A stretch of DNA of 63,805 nt, the filler included, from Reclinomonas americana ATCC 50394 (taxonomy: Eukaryota), in the NCBI GenBank assembly GCA_048213135.1. It is 15 parts of 5 records of this genome, joined end to end, with 100 filler letters (N's around TTAATTAATTAA, not from the genome) between each part and the next. Parts side by side here need not be neighbours in the genome. Positions count along the whole stretch, not along the records: positions 1 to 4,762 come from PS015807.1; positions 4,863 to 9,693 come from PS015807.1; positions 9,794 to 15,720 come from PS015807.1; 12 more parts are not named here. One strand, written 5' to 3'. Shown here one piece after another: positions 1 to 13,301 of the stretch. Under the pieces are notes generated by a model. It saw nothing but the letters and a program-made list of their open reading frames with translations. It was not told the origin of the DNA and did not search any database. The position numbers and the translations under genes are program-made. How positions within the stretch are numbered: the stretch's first letter is position 1; each line of letters opens with the position of its first letter.

Positions 1-18
1 CTTCTATTCTATCTGCTC

Positions 19-54
<36 letters not shown>

Positions 55-110
55 TTCCCACTTCCCTTTGCCCATCTTCTCAGACATTGTGCTCTTTCTT
101 TTCCTTTACG

Positions 111-155
<45 letters not shown>

Positions 156-280
156 ATTCTGTGTCTATATATCTATCCAACTATCTCTCTCCCTCTTGTT
201 CTCCGCTCTTCCCACTTAACCCCCCTTCCCACTTTCCCTTTCCCTCCCTTCCCCTCACGCCTTTCCCTTCTCCTCACTAG

Positions 281-856
281 GGACCTTGTGAGCGTCAAGG
301 ACGACCTTCGCGTGTACCAAACCTTCAAATTCCTCGTGCGCAAGGCCGTGCACACACTCCACGAGCAGCGCACCAAAGAGGCGGCGGTGGAGGACCCGGA
401 GCTGCGCGGTGTCGCCATTCGCCACGCCATCATCTTTGGTGTGCCACTCGAGCGCGTGGCACTTCGCGAGGAGGGCATGCCCGCCTGCATCGACGCCCTC
501 ATCCGCTTCCTCTTCCGTCGCGGCACACGCAAGCGCTACATTTTCCGCATTCCCGGCAAGCTGCACGAGGTCGTACGCCTGCGCCAGTGCTGCGAGATGA
601 CGTCTGAGCTGCCGCTCGACGATCACACCGATGTACACGCTGTGGCCTCGCTCCTCCTGCTGTACCTGAAGGAGCTCCCGTCGGCGCTCTTCCCCGAGTC
701 GCTCAACATTGATCTTTTTAGTGCTGCTTGTTGCGTCAGTAACGAAACTTGGTGGGATGTGTCCATTGTCTGTCTCTCTCTCTCACACACACACACATGC
801 ACTGCGGTAAGAGAATCGGCAGCGACGGTGTCGACTCGTATCGCAACATGGGCGCA

Positions 857-898
<42 letters not shown>

Positions 899-1757
899 CA
901 TCTCTCTCTCTCTCTCTTTCATTTCCTCCCTTCCCTTCCACTCACGTTATTCCTACTCCCGCAGTTACCGAGGACGAGGACCTGCGCGCCGACATTCTCC
1001 GCCGTGTGATCGACCAGTGCCCGCCCGTCAACGCCAACCTCATCAAGATCATTCTCGAGCTGCTGTACACGGTGGCGCTGCACTTTGAGGAGACGCAGGT
1101 GAACTCGACGCAGCTGGCCACGGTCTTTGCGCCAGCCATGGTCCGCGTCAACAGGTAAATCATCATCACTTGTTGGCGAAGGCGCATCAGCAATTTCCGC
1201 TCACCGCAATCCCTTCTCCTCATAGCGCCGAGCTCACCGCCGACCAGCGCTACGACCAGGCACAAACGGCCATTGCGTGCGTGCAGTTCCTGATTGAGAA
1301 CTGTTTGGATCTGTTCGACTATGGCGACCAGTACGACGACGATGACGACGACGAGTATGGCTCGTGGCACTCGGCATCGCCGCCAGAGTCGCCCACCGAG
1401 AATTTGCATCAGGCACTGGCGCGCATTCGTCGCGAGCGCCGCCACAAGACCGTGGCTCTCCAACGCTCCGTCATTCACCAGCTGCGCGAGGTGCCGAGCG
1501 ACGATGAGGAGGAGGCGTACCAGCCGCGTGCGGCAGCCGCGCACGGCTTCATCATGGGCATTCGACCCGACGAATTCCGGCCGCCGAGTGAGGACGACGG
1601 TCGCGAGTACGACGAAGATGAGGAGGGCGACGACGACCCTCAACGGCGATATCAGCACGGCCGCGCACCCATGGTGCCAACACCACCACCGGCGCCGCCA
1701 GCGACGGGCAGTAAGTGGCGCAATCGGCGGCAGGGTGGATTGCCCAGCATGACATGA
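281..1757 (+). CDS. RhoGAP-domain protein (5' partial; exons ~281-729, 965-1154, 1226-1757)
   Basis: Motifs IFGVPLERV...YIFRIPG (arginine finger), DVHAVASLLLLYLKELPSALFP and VNSTQLATVFAPAM. GT-AG introns keep the frame. Confidence 0.85.
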
Positions 1758-2401
1758 ACGATCGCGAGGAGAAGTGAAGCGCGTTTTGTGCGATGTTTTT
1801 TAAAGGAAAGGAATGGAGGCAGAGGGCTGTATGGCAACAGAGCGAATATCTGTTGAATTCGCCACTGTAGCAGCTGACTTGACGGAGAATGGCCACGAAG
1901 CATCTTCGCCGTCTGTGCTCTTCTGGACGAAGGACGATCAAGCGATCGTAGCTTGTAGCCGCAGCACTTGTCCAAGCGCACTCGATCGACTCCCGAGAAC
2001 AACCCACAAGACGAGCGTGCAGCTTCACTCGCGATCGTGTTCATGCATACTTCGACTTCGCGATCGACTTTCTCGTTCCCTTTTTTTGCGCAACTTGGTT
2101 TCTGACTCTTAAAATCTACCACCTTCTCACGGGCAGTGCTGTTTGAACGAGTGAAGTTGGGTCCCCGGCATGAGATATCGAAAACCGGGCCTTGTTCGGT
2201 CCTCTTCTCAGCTCTTCTCACTTTGTGCTTGTGTGCGTGGTGCACGCGTGTGTGCGTATGAGTGACGCGGGCGACTCGCCCTCCACTACGCGCCCACCAC
2301 TCTTACTCTTTGTCAAGGTCTCTCTCTTACACGCAACACACTCACTGAATCTCCGAATCACGCACACTCTCTCACTCTCTCTCACTCTCACGCACAGTCA
2401 T

Positions 2402-5400
2402 ATGTCGCCGAGTGTCGTCAAGAGGATCCACATGGTTCCACTGTAAACAGAGCATTCGTGTCCATTGTGTTGGATGTGTATCGCAAGGTCAGTTGATCAT
2501 CAAATGCAACACACACACACACGCGCACCCACACACACATGCACACACACACACATGCACACACACACACACGTGCACAGAGACAGAGGGAGAATGTCTC
2601 TCCTTCCAATCATGATCACTCACTCACTCACACTCACTCACTCTCTCTCTCTCACACACTCACTCACTCACTCACCCACTCACACGCACACACATACTCA
2701 CTCACTCACTCCCTCCCTCTTCCTCCCTCCCTCCCCACTCACTCACTCTCTTCCCTTCCCTCCCTTCCCTTCCCTCTCTCTCCTTCCCTCACTCACCTCC
2801 ATTGCACAGGGAGGATCGGAAGCTGAAGGCCGCCTTGCCTTCACTGGGTCAGTTCTCTTCTCCTCTTCCCTCTCTCGCTCTCTCTTCCCTCTTCCCTCAC
2901 TTCGCATGCAGCATTGAGCGCAAGTATCACCTGGGCGATGCTGGAATCACCACCGTGGTCAAGGCCATCATGGCAACTCCGACGTACCTGGTCTCACTGC
3001 GCGTGTTGCACTTGCCGGATAACTCGATTGGTGCGTAGAAGCGATGTGCATCTCTCTCCTATAGTTGAAGTACCACGCTGTGCTGTCATCACAATGGCAG
3101 TAACGGAGCGTCGGGGAGTGTCAATGCCTCGGGTGCAGCTTCCTCATTCAGTCAGCCTGCGGGAGTGGCAGTGGATGCCACTCGCTTTCTCTCTCCCCGG
3201 TCTCGTCTCTTCTTGCTCTCCCTGCTCATTATCTGTCCCTGCCGCAATCTTCTGCACTCGAAGACGCTCCCATCGTCTTCGCCTCCTCCGCTGTGTCGTT
3301 CTCTCTTTCTCTCTCTCGCTCCCCCTATCGTCTTCGTCCTTCGCCCTTTCATGTTCACTTCATTTTCTCGTCGTTTCATCCACTCGAGATTGCTTGCTAT
3401 GCGTACTTTCTCACCACAGCATCTCACTCCATCCATCCTCTGCCTTTCCAAATTGTTTATTGATGTCGGCATCTTGATCTCCACCCTCCCATCGTCTCGT
3501 TCATTCGTTACTGTTTCCGCTGTGTCCATACTCCCTGCTCGTCCCCGGCTCGTGATTACTTCAGCGCACTCTGTCTCTGTATCCCGCCATCTCATCCTCT
3601 TCTTCAAAATCCTCCCTCACATCCCTTTCCCTGTCCCTTCCCTCCTCCCCCTCCCTTCCCCTCTCTTCCCCTCTTNNNNNNNNNNNNNNNNNNNNNNNNN
3701 NNNNNNNNNNNNNNNNNNNNNNNNNNNNNNNNNNNNNNNNNNNNNNNNNNNNNNNNNNNNNNNNNNNNNNNNNNNNNNNNNNNNNNNNNNNNNNNNNNNN
3801 NNNNNNNNNNNNNNNNNNNNNNNNNNNNNNNNNNNNNNNNNNNNNNNNNNNNNNNNNNNNNNNNNNNNNNNNNNNNNNNNNNNNNNNNNNNNNNNNNNNN
3901 NNNNNNNNNNNNNNNNNNNNNNNNNNNNNNNNNNNNNNNNNNNNNNNNNNNNNNNNNNNNNNNNNNNNNNNNNNNNNNNNNNNNNNNNNNNNNNNNNNNN
4001 NNNNNNNNNNNNNNNNNNNNNNNNNNNNNNNNNNNNNNNNNNNNNNNNNNNNNNNNNNNNNNNNNNNNNNNNNNNNNNNNNNNNNNNNNNNNNNNNNNNN
4101 NNNNNNNNNNNNNNNNNNNNNNNNNNNNNNNNNNNNNNNNNNNNNNNNNNNNNNNNNNNNNNNNNNNNNNNNNNNNNNNNNNNNNNNNNNNNNNNNNNNN
4201 NNNNNNNNNNNNNNNNNNNNNNNNNNNNNNNNNNNNNNNNNNNNNNNNNNNNNNNNNNNNNNNNNNNNNNNNNNNNNNNNNNNNNNNNNNNNNNNNNNNN
4301 NNNNNNNNNNNNNNNNNNNNNNNNNNNNNNNNNNNNNNNNNNNNNNNNNNNNNNNNNNNNNNNNNNNNNNNNNNNNNNNNNNNNNNNNNNNNNNNNNNNN
4401 NNNNNNNNNNNNNNNNNNNNNNNNNNNNNNNNNNNNNCAGGCGACTCTGGCGTGGCCGCCCTCCTCCACCTCCTTCGCCTCAGCGACTGCCGCGTCACCT
4501 CACTCAACCTCGACCACAACCGCATCTCCGTGGAGGGCGCCCGCGCTCTCTCCACCTTCCTCTTGTCCGCCTCAGAGTCGCCACTGGCGGTGCTGTCGGC
4601 GCAGGGCAATCGGTGGGGCGTGGAGGGCGGCAAGGTGCTGTTCCGGGCACTGGCCGACAATCAGTCGTTGCACACGTTGGATTTGTCGAACAATCGATTC
4701 GGGGGCGCGGTGGTGGCCCCGCTGGCGTCGGCCATTCGGCGAAACAAGACACTGCAGGCACTNNNNNNNNNNNNNNNNNNNNNNNNNNNNNNNNNNNNNN
4801 NNNNNNTTAATTAATTAANNNNNNNNNNNNNNNNNNNNNNNNNNNNNNNNNNNNNNNNNNNNTTCACTCGACAATAACGCCTTTGGTGCCGAAGAAGGTC
4901 TTTCCTTCTCCTCTCTCTCTCTCCCCTCCCCTTTCATTTCTCACCTTTTTTAATGCCAGGATCGTCATTCCATGCGGTGGCGGCGGCTCTGAAACGCAAT
5001 CAGTCATTACGTCGACTCGACATTGCCGGCAACGACCTGGCGCTGCAGGAGTGCATCTTTCTGGAGCGCATGCTGCGCGACAACCAGACGCTTCTGCATT
5101 TGGATCTGTCGCGCAACTACATTGACGCCAAGACGCAGCGCAAGTTCGAGGACATTTTGTTTCGCAACCAGGTCATTTCGTCGGGACAGTCCAACCGCTC
5201 GCCTGTCCCCGGAGCACGCGGAGGTGGCGGCGGCGGTGGTGGTGTGGGAGCAGCTGCGGCCGCGGCCCTGCCGTCACTGCCACTGGATGCCGTCGGCAAC
5301 GGTTCCCTGGACGATGTGATCGACGCGCTGATCGAGACCGGGCGCACACCGCGAATACGTGTCGATGGAGTGGGAGATGCAGGAGGAGGAGGAGGTGGTG

Positions 5401-8400
5401 GTGGTGGGTACGGTGGCGGAGGCGACGACGACGATGGCGATGATGGTATTCCTGGTCCATTCTCGCCACCGACCTCGTCCTTTGCGGCGCCATCCAGGCG
5501 AATCGCCGGCGATCAATACTCGCCGACTTCCGCTTCGTCGCCATCGTCCAACGTGCCGCTGGCACTGCCCGACGACGCGTATGCCGTCGCCCCTCTGCGA
5601 CATCACACCGTTCGAATGCACATGCACCAGTCGGCCACTGGTAGGGGACCTCCGCCACCACCACCTCCCCCACCTGCCGCCGCCGCCGCCGCCGCTCCAT
5701 CAGGGTCGACTCCGGCACGAGCTCCTCCAGTTCGTCGTCACCACGCGGCCATTGCTGTGCCCACTGCGCAGGCGGGTGGGGATGGAGTGATGCAACCGCG
5801 CCCGCCGGCCTCGCCACCGCCGACCCGGTCGCCCACCAACTCGGCGACCTCACCGGCGAGCTCTGCCGCCTCACAGTCGTCGCCACCAAGTCGCTCGCCA
5901 CGGGCGCGTATGGCTCGCATTGTCGGTCACGAGCAGCCGAGCCATGCGCCCGGCGCCGTGGGCGCACTCGGACACTCTGCCGACAACATGTCGCCGCATT
6001 TTGGCCTGCGGGCGGTGGGAGGCAACGACGAGTCACCACTCGACATTAATGTTATGAGTCGAGCGGTGCTGGAAGGTGCCACGGGCGGTGCGGCAGGCAT
6101 TGACGACTTGAGTTCAATTGGGTTCGACGACATTGACGAGCACAGCGCCGCCGGTGCTGATGAGCGGAGTCGCACGCCGTCCACGCCGTCGCCCGTCAGC
6201 TTGCGTGGCGAGCGAGTGCCAGTGGTGCGACGCGGTGTCGCGCAGCGATCGCCACCCTCCATGACCGACGCGGACAGAGGCGGCGCACCGAATCAGCAGC
6301 GCATGTCCATGGGTGCCGACGATGACTCGGTGGTGTCGGGAGGTTGGTGGACTCTTGATTTCGTTACTATTGTTGTGTGCTTTGTCTCACCATGTGCATG
6401 GACAACAGTCGACGACGACGCGGGGATTGGTGTCTCTCGAGTGCACGTGGTCACCGCCGTGCCAGCTCGCGCTCGACCCTACTGGTCGCCGCCGCCACCA
6501 CCACCTGAGCTGCCAGAAGAGCCCGACGAGGCCCCGCATGCTGCTGAATCGGGGGCGGAGGCGGCAACTGCGGAAACACCTGCTGCCAATGGCGCAGGTC
6601 CAGTCGACGGCGGTGCGGCGCCTCGCGAGGCATCGGAGACACAGCCGTCACTGATGCAGCGCTTATTTTTCTGTTGCCGACCATCATCTTCGGCGCGCAC
6701 ACGGTCATCATTGTCAGAGGCTGCAGCCGCACCACCGCCACCGCCAACCGTGCCCGACGCGCTCTTGCCACCGCATCTGCGCAACTCTGGTTCATCGTAT
6801 CGAGTGCAAGGCGACGAGGCAGAAGGCGGGCCGGAGCGCGTGAACGGCCATGACGATGGTGACCATGCCGAGCCGGTGGAACCCGTGGCGAGCGGTGATT
6901 CGGCCGCGGCTACTGCTGCTGTCGAAGCAACTGATGCTGACGCTGCTGGCGTACCTGCTGTTGAAGATGGTGCTCCGGAGGGGACTGAGAGTGGTGCACA
7001 TAATGCTGCCGAGTCTGCTTCTTCACCACCGCCAGCACCACCACCACCACCACCATTGCACATGCCATCGTCGCCGAGCTTGCGTGGTGTCGCAATTGGG
7101 CTGTCTTCTGCCGCCTCACTCGCACCAGCGGCACCGGACGGTGACGGCGATGCACCAGTGGCGGCGAGGAGCAATGGAAATGGACATGCTGCTTCGCCGC
7201 GACCGCTCTCGGTGCAGGCGACAGACGATTCGTGGGATCAGCGCAAGCTGCAGCAAGTGCAAGACGCTGTGCGACGGCATGTGAAGCGCGGAGGTGCCGA
7301 GTTTCGCGGCTGGAAACTGCGAGTTGCGTGGACCCTTCGTTCCTCTGTATGGAGACCAAGGTTGTTTCACACTGTTGTTGCAGGTTGGCGATGCGTCAGT
7401 CGAATCGTGGCCCGTGGACACTGATGGCAACACTTTCGGCAACGGTCACCACCGCCACAATGATGACGATGATGATGATGTGGATGACGATGATGACGAT
7501 GCGGTTGACAGCGATCCAGGTGGCGAATACAATGAACGGCGACCGGAGCACGAGCGCCTCCTGTCGCTCACGGTGGTGGAGGCGCGATTGGGTAAGCTGA
7601 AGGGACAACGCAATGCCGTCCTCAGCTTGCTCGGTGGCAAGTGGCAGTGGGAGTGGCAGCACGGTTACACGCCGCAACTGCAAGTCGTGGAGCTCTCCAA
7701 GCCGCGCTCGGCACTCTTCATGTTTGGACCGAAGACGAGGTGCGTTGAGCTGTGTAAGTATGCGAAAGTGGCACTCTTGATGCTCACACACAATCGACCA
7801 CAGAGTGGCATTGGAGTTTGCGACGGAGAGTCAATGTCAAGAGGCCATGCACACAGTTCGCACATTCAACACCCTGCACTGCCGCGAATCGGACCGGATT
7901 CGATCGGGATACGTGTCGTACGAGGTGCCGCCGCTCATCTCAAGGTTTGCAGAAGGGCGCGCACATTTTGTGCAAGAAGAACTGTAACTCACCTTTCTCT
8001 CTCTGACGACAGGCGCGGCATGGCACACGATGACGATCTCTCCTTCACGCGCTACCGACCGCGAAAGTCCGTCACCATTGCACCGGTAAGGAAACTGCAC
8101 ACACACGACAATGCGCAGTTTTTCTGACTCCTTTTGCTTGGCTTGCAGGTGCAGGATATCATGTTGACGCCTGAGCCTCCTGTGACACGCACCCCGCCCG
8201 GCGCGCTGCCTCCACCGCCTCCCGCATCCGGCGCGCTATCGCCGCCGCACTCGTTCTCTCCGCCCAATCGATCCCGTCGCAACTCGGGCGCCGTTTCCAC
8301 CTCTGTCATCACCGTCACCTCGTCACGCAACGAGCCGCCGGCCAGCTTCATGTCACTGGCCGCCCCGGCCTCGCCTCCCACGCGCTCCATGGTGCCGATC

Positions 8401-9074
8401 ACCGTTCGACCCGACAATCTTGATCTGGTGTTCCAGACCGGTGAGGCAGGAAAGGGGCAGAGGAAGAGAGGGAAGGGGGGAATGGAGAAGGGGAGGGGAA
8501 AGGAGAGAGAGAAGAGTGTGAAGAAAGGAGAAGAGAGACAAAGAGGAATGGAGAAGAGAGCGAAAAGGAGAAGAGATGCAGACAGGAAGGGGAATAGAGA
8601 CAAGAGGGAGAAGAGAGACAGAGAAGAAACGAGAGAGACGATGAAGAAAGGAGATTAGAGGGGTGAGCAGAAGATAAAAGGGGACCGAGGAGACTGTTCA
8701 CTTTTGGGAGAGAGAGGTGACTGACTTGTGTATTCCCACCCCCCAACTCAGCGCTCTCCAAGGTCGATCAAGACCGAGTGCTGAAAATGGTAAAAGTCGG
8801 CGGAGCCACAATGTCCACTCGCGTGGCGCAACTGTCGACTCGCGTCGGCGACGAGGAGGTGCATCTGGTCGACAATGTGTCACTCAGCGACATGTTGGCG
8901 GTGGCCGCCACCGCCACTGGAGAGGCGAGCTTGTCACCGCTGACGCTGCTGCCCGGCAACATGGCCATCACTCGATTCAAGGTCGATGTGTCGACGGTGG
9001 GCTCTGCAAGTTCGCCGGCTGGCGCGCGCGTGCCTCAAATGTCGCTGACGCTCGGCTACTCGCGGTTCGTTGAG

Positions 9075-9117
<43 letters not shown>

Positions 9118-11025
9118 TTGTTGTTGTTGCTCAACGGTAGCTGCACGCGCACAGGTCGTTTGTCGTGCAGGAGCACGGTCGTGCTGTGATGATCACTGTG
9201 CACGGTCAGCATTCCGGGCCGACTGCCATGTCGCCCGAAGCGTCCGTTGCATCCGCTGGCACTCACGGTCCACGCGCCGACAACCAGCTGGCTGTGGTCA
9301 TTTTCCGTTCGGCACACCAGGCCACCATTATCGGTGCGGCACGGCTTTACCTTGCTCTCGTGCCTCTCGGTCAAGCCCCTGACTCTCCGTGTCATTGATG
9401 TAGCGTGGACCATTCGCTGGCTCTGCGAGTATCAGTGCCGTGCACTTGAGGAACTGTACGGTCGAGCCGGTGCTGCCGTGCCGAGTGGGTGGGGTGGTGA
9501 CGGGGAGCATAATGAGTCGCAGGAGGACACGCTGGCCGACCTCGGTTTCTCGCCGCCACTCGGCAACGGCCATGCGCGGTCATCCGGTGCTGCTGCTACG
9601 GCGGTGACTGCAGCAGCTCCGCCGCAGTTGACTGCCGATGAGAAGCAGGAGTTGCAGGAGCAAGTGAGGCGGCAGGTGGGTGGATGGAGGGGGNNNNNNN
9701 NNNNNNNNNNNNNNNNNNNNNNNNNNNNNNNNNNNNNTTAATTAATTAANNNNNNNNNNNNNNNNNNNNNNNNNNNNNNNNNNNNNNNNNNNNAAGGGAG
9801 GGATGAGGAGGAGGGACAAGGAGAAGGCAAGGAGAGGCTGTGAGGAGAAAATGAGAAGGACAAAAGTGAGAGACATTGGAGTTATTCGTCGTCTGTAATG
9901 GTGGGGGAGGGAAGAGAGGAGGTTCTCTTTCTGTCTGTTTTTGTTTGAGCTCTTCGGCTCCTTGTTCTAATCGTCCTGCGTGAAGGACAGAGGTTACTCT
10001 CTCAATCATGCTCGCCTGTGTTTCACGTGTGCTCTGCGCCTACTTTCCGTTTGATTCGTAGTCTGTTCGTGCTGATTCTCGATCTGCTGTTGTTCTTATT
10101 CTTGCTACTGCTCTTCTTCTTCTTCTCCTCCTCTTTGTTATTCTTGTTGTTCTTGTTCTTCTTCCTCTTGTTTTCTTGTACGTCTTCCTCTTGCTTTCTT
10201 GTTCTCCTTGTCTCCTTCTTCTCCTCCTGCTTCCTTTTCTTCTTGAAGTTGTTGTTGTTGTACGTGTTGTTGTTGTTGCCGCTTTGGTGGTGCATCCCTG
10301 CTACGTCGTTTTGTGTTGCTGTGCTGTTAAGTATTGGTCCTATTCCCCATTCCATGCGTCTGACTGACCCGTGCATCTCTCTCTCTGTGCAGCTTCGAGA
10401 GGAGGCCCTCGCAGCCGCCCGCCAGGAGCGCGAGCTGCGATTGCAAGCGATTACCGAGAGTCGCAAGAAGGAGGCCGTGCTGGCCGAGGAGGTTGGCGAG
10501 GCGCGTCGCCAGGTGCAAGAGTACCGCGAGCAGCTGGAGCACCTGAAGGAGGAGGCCACCAGCGAAGTGCACAAGGAGGTATGTGTGTCTTTCCCCCCCA
10601 TTGTCTGTCTCCTCAGTTCCTCACTCATTTCCCTCCCCCTGCAGTCGGACCGACGACTGGCCATCGAGAGTCGTCTGGCCGAGGCCGTGGCCAAGCTGCG
10701 CTCCCTCACCGACCAGCTCCGTGCGGAGCGTGCGCGTCGACTGGCGCTGGAGGAGGAGTTGCAAGTGGAGCGACACAAGGTGCGGAGTTTGGAGGACGAG
10801 GTGGAGCGGGCGGTGGAGGTGGCCAGGATGGAGGCGACTCGGCGAGCGGCGCAAGAACGCGAGGCCGCCGAGCAACGTCGTTTGCGCGAGCTCGCCGAGG
10901 CGTACACACTGAAGGTGCTGCGCAAGGCGCGTGCAATGGCCGAGAGCGACGACGAGGACGACACGATCGTGGTGGCCGTCGACGACGACGACGACGATGA
11001 CGACGACGACGCCGTGTCGTTTTGA
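2402..11025 (+). CDS. Large multi-exon protein: N-terminal RNI-like leucine-rich repeats, long Pro/Ala low-complexity middle, C-terminal coiled coil (may be more than one gene)
   Basis: LRRs LRVLHLPDNSIG, VTSLNLDHNRISVEGA, LHTLDLSNNRFG, LRRLDIAGNDL and LLHLDLSRNYID. Coiled coil at 10393-11025 ends in an acidic tail. Start codon and several exons are uncertain because of gaps. Confidence 0.65.
4763..4862. other. Artificial 100-bp contig linker (N44-TTAATTAATTAA-N44); recurs many times in the window
   Basis: Identical all-frame-stop linker cores at 4807, 9738, 15765, 19029, 23807, 34370, 41161, 42732, 45684, 50103, 52857, 55790, 59150 and 60392. Confidence 0.95.
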
Positions 11026-11063
11026 ATAATGGAAAACAATAAAGTCTAGGTGATGTTGTATTG

Positions 11064-12324
11064 TCACGAGTACGGTAGTGTGCCGGCCAGCGTGCCCATC
11101 CACACCAGGAACCCGTAGTACTTGTTCATGTCGAAATGCCGCCAGCATTCAGCCGGTACGTCGAGATTCACCGTTTGTATTTGCCACGCGTGGAAGACGG
11201 CTGTGCACATGAACGCGACTCAGGCATCAAACCTGATGCGCCTATCTCACGCTGGCACTCACCTCCCGCCAGCACCGCCGCATGGAACGGCCATCCGACA
11301 CCCGCCATCGCTCCACTCGTCCACAAACCCACAGCCGTCACCGCAGCGAATGCCGACAACCACGGCTTGGTGCGCTCCGCAAACGTCAACGCCGACGACC
11401 TCACACCGACCAGCACATCATCGCGCTTATCTTGATGCGCATAAATCGTATCAAAGTACAGTGTCCACGCCGCACCGGCCGCATACATCGGCAGCGCGAC
11501 CGCCCACTGCACCGAGCCCGCGACAGCCGCCGAGGCAATCAACACGCCCCACACAAACGTCACGCCCAGCACGGCCTGCGGCACGCCTAGGTAGCGCTTG
11601 GCGAGCGGATAGGCGACGACTAGCGCCACAGCTGGCACGCCGACAGCAATCGCCTGCGTGTTCAACGAGAAGAGCACGGCGGCGGCGATGGAGAGCTGTG
11701 CGGTGGCGAAGAGTGCCGCCTGTTGCATGCTGACTGCGCCGGCGGCGACTGGACGCAACGAAGTGCGCGCCACGCGACGATCAATGTCGCGATCCCACAT
11801 GTCGTTGACGGTGCATCCGGCACCGCGCATGGCCAGTGCGCCGAGGGTGAAGAGTGCGGCGAGCGTTGCGTGGGTGGTATGCGGGGTGGAGTGTGTGAAG
11901 GCTGTCATGCTGGTAGTGGGGCAGGGGGAAGGGAGAGGTGTGAGAGGGGGAAGAGAGGGAGAGAGAGGGAGAGGGNNNNNNNNNNNNNNNNNNNNNNNNN
12001 NNNNNNNNNNNNNNNNNNNNNNAGAGAGAGAGTGTGTGTGTGAGAGAGAAGGAGAGGGAGTGAGGGGAGAGCTGACCTTAGTGACCAGAGTGCGGGGTGC
12101 AGCATGAGGTAGGTGCCGACGGGCTTATCGACGCGGGCGAGTTGGAGGTATGGTTGCCAGGTGGGAGGTGCGTTGATGATGAGCGATGACCATAGTGGTG
12201 AAGGTGATGGTGATGGTGGTGGTGGTGATGGTGGCTGAGAGGAGGAGGAAAGGAGTCGGTGGATGGTGCCGAGGAGGCGAGGTAGTGGAGGAGGGGGTCG
12301 CAAGGGCGCGCGGAGGAGCAACAT
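11064..12324 (-). CDS. COQ2: 4-hydroxybenzoate polyprenyltransferase (UbiA family), mitochondrial
   Basis: PYLQLARVDKPVGTYLMLHPALWS, MRGAGCTVNDMWDRDIDRRVARTSLRPVAAG and FDTIYAHQDKRDD. Exons 12324-12077, 11909-11263, 11200-11064; Arg/Leu/Ser-rich transit peptide. Confidence 0.95.
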
Positions 12325-13301
12325 TGGGGAAGGACAAGAGATGCAGGACCTCCGGTCCCTGGAAGCTGGCATGCAAGCATGCAAGCGTGTGTACAAAAGA
12401 GACCTGTGCCCTTGACCTTTGAAGGAGGTCAAGGTTGCATGCCCAAACCCAGCAGGAATATTAATGCTGGTGAATTCGAAGGCATGCAGAGTCATGGACG
12501 CGTTAACGCCAAGCGTGTGTATCGCACACCCAGTCAGTGACAACGCTGTCCCTATCACACCACTGATCAGTGTTGTGATAGGGCTGTGCCCTTGTGCCCT
12601 TGAAGGTGATCAAGGCTGCCGCTGCCGATTGATATTGGAAAACCAAGCAGGAAAGCTTGCGTGAAGGGGCAGAGACGAGAGTCTTGACAACTCCTGAGCT
12701 CCTAGCGTGCGTGTCGTACGCCAGCAAGGTGCCACTGGGACTGTAAGTACAGCGACAACAATTCATTCACCAACAAACAAGCAACAGCTGTCTTGATGCC
12801 CAAGTCCAACCCCATCCACTAGTCACCAATCTTGAGGCAGCAGCAGTGCATCGCCCATGAGGATGAACAGCGACCTCTGTGTCTCGCGGACAAACAACAC
12901 CTCCAACACGGGAGGCAACCATGGCGTCCACATACTACCTGCTGTGAGTCATCGTGGAGAGGAGAGCGCAGAGCACTCACACAAGCAGTTGCGATGAGTC
13001 GATCAACGTAGTGTCATCCTCCTGCTCCTCCACTTGCGGTGCCTCCTCGTCTGCCACCTTCGCCTCGTGCTCGTTGATTGGCGCACCATTCCGGTGCACG
13101 AAGCTGGCTCGTTTCGCGCTGCGAATAGCGCGTGCGGCGAACGCCGTACAATACCTTCGAGTCACAGTGTCAAAGGCTCATGTATTTGCTGAGGGGATTC
13201 GTCATGTATTCAAAGAGAGGGAGGGAGAGAAAGAGAGAGGAAGAGCAATTGCAGACAGCCTTCTTCTCCAAGCACCAGCAGTGAACTCTCACCGCGCGCG
13301 A

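Noticed and set aside
4807..4818. Recurrent TTAATTAATTAA as a biological motif
   Set aside because: Always centred in 44+44 Ns and encodes stops in all six frames, so it is an assembly linker.
12549..12583. Similarity to the tetO operator (TCCCTATCA...TGATAG)
   Set aside because: Half-site spacing is wrong and there is no vector or tet context; treated as coincidence.
12932..12941. ATACTACCTG resembling the U1 snRNA 5' end
   Set aside because: One base short of ATACTTACCTG, with no U1-70K loop, U1A loop or Sm site downstream. It also coincides with a likely minus-strand acceptor.
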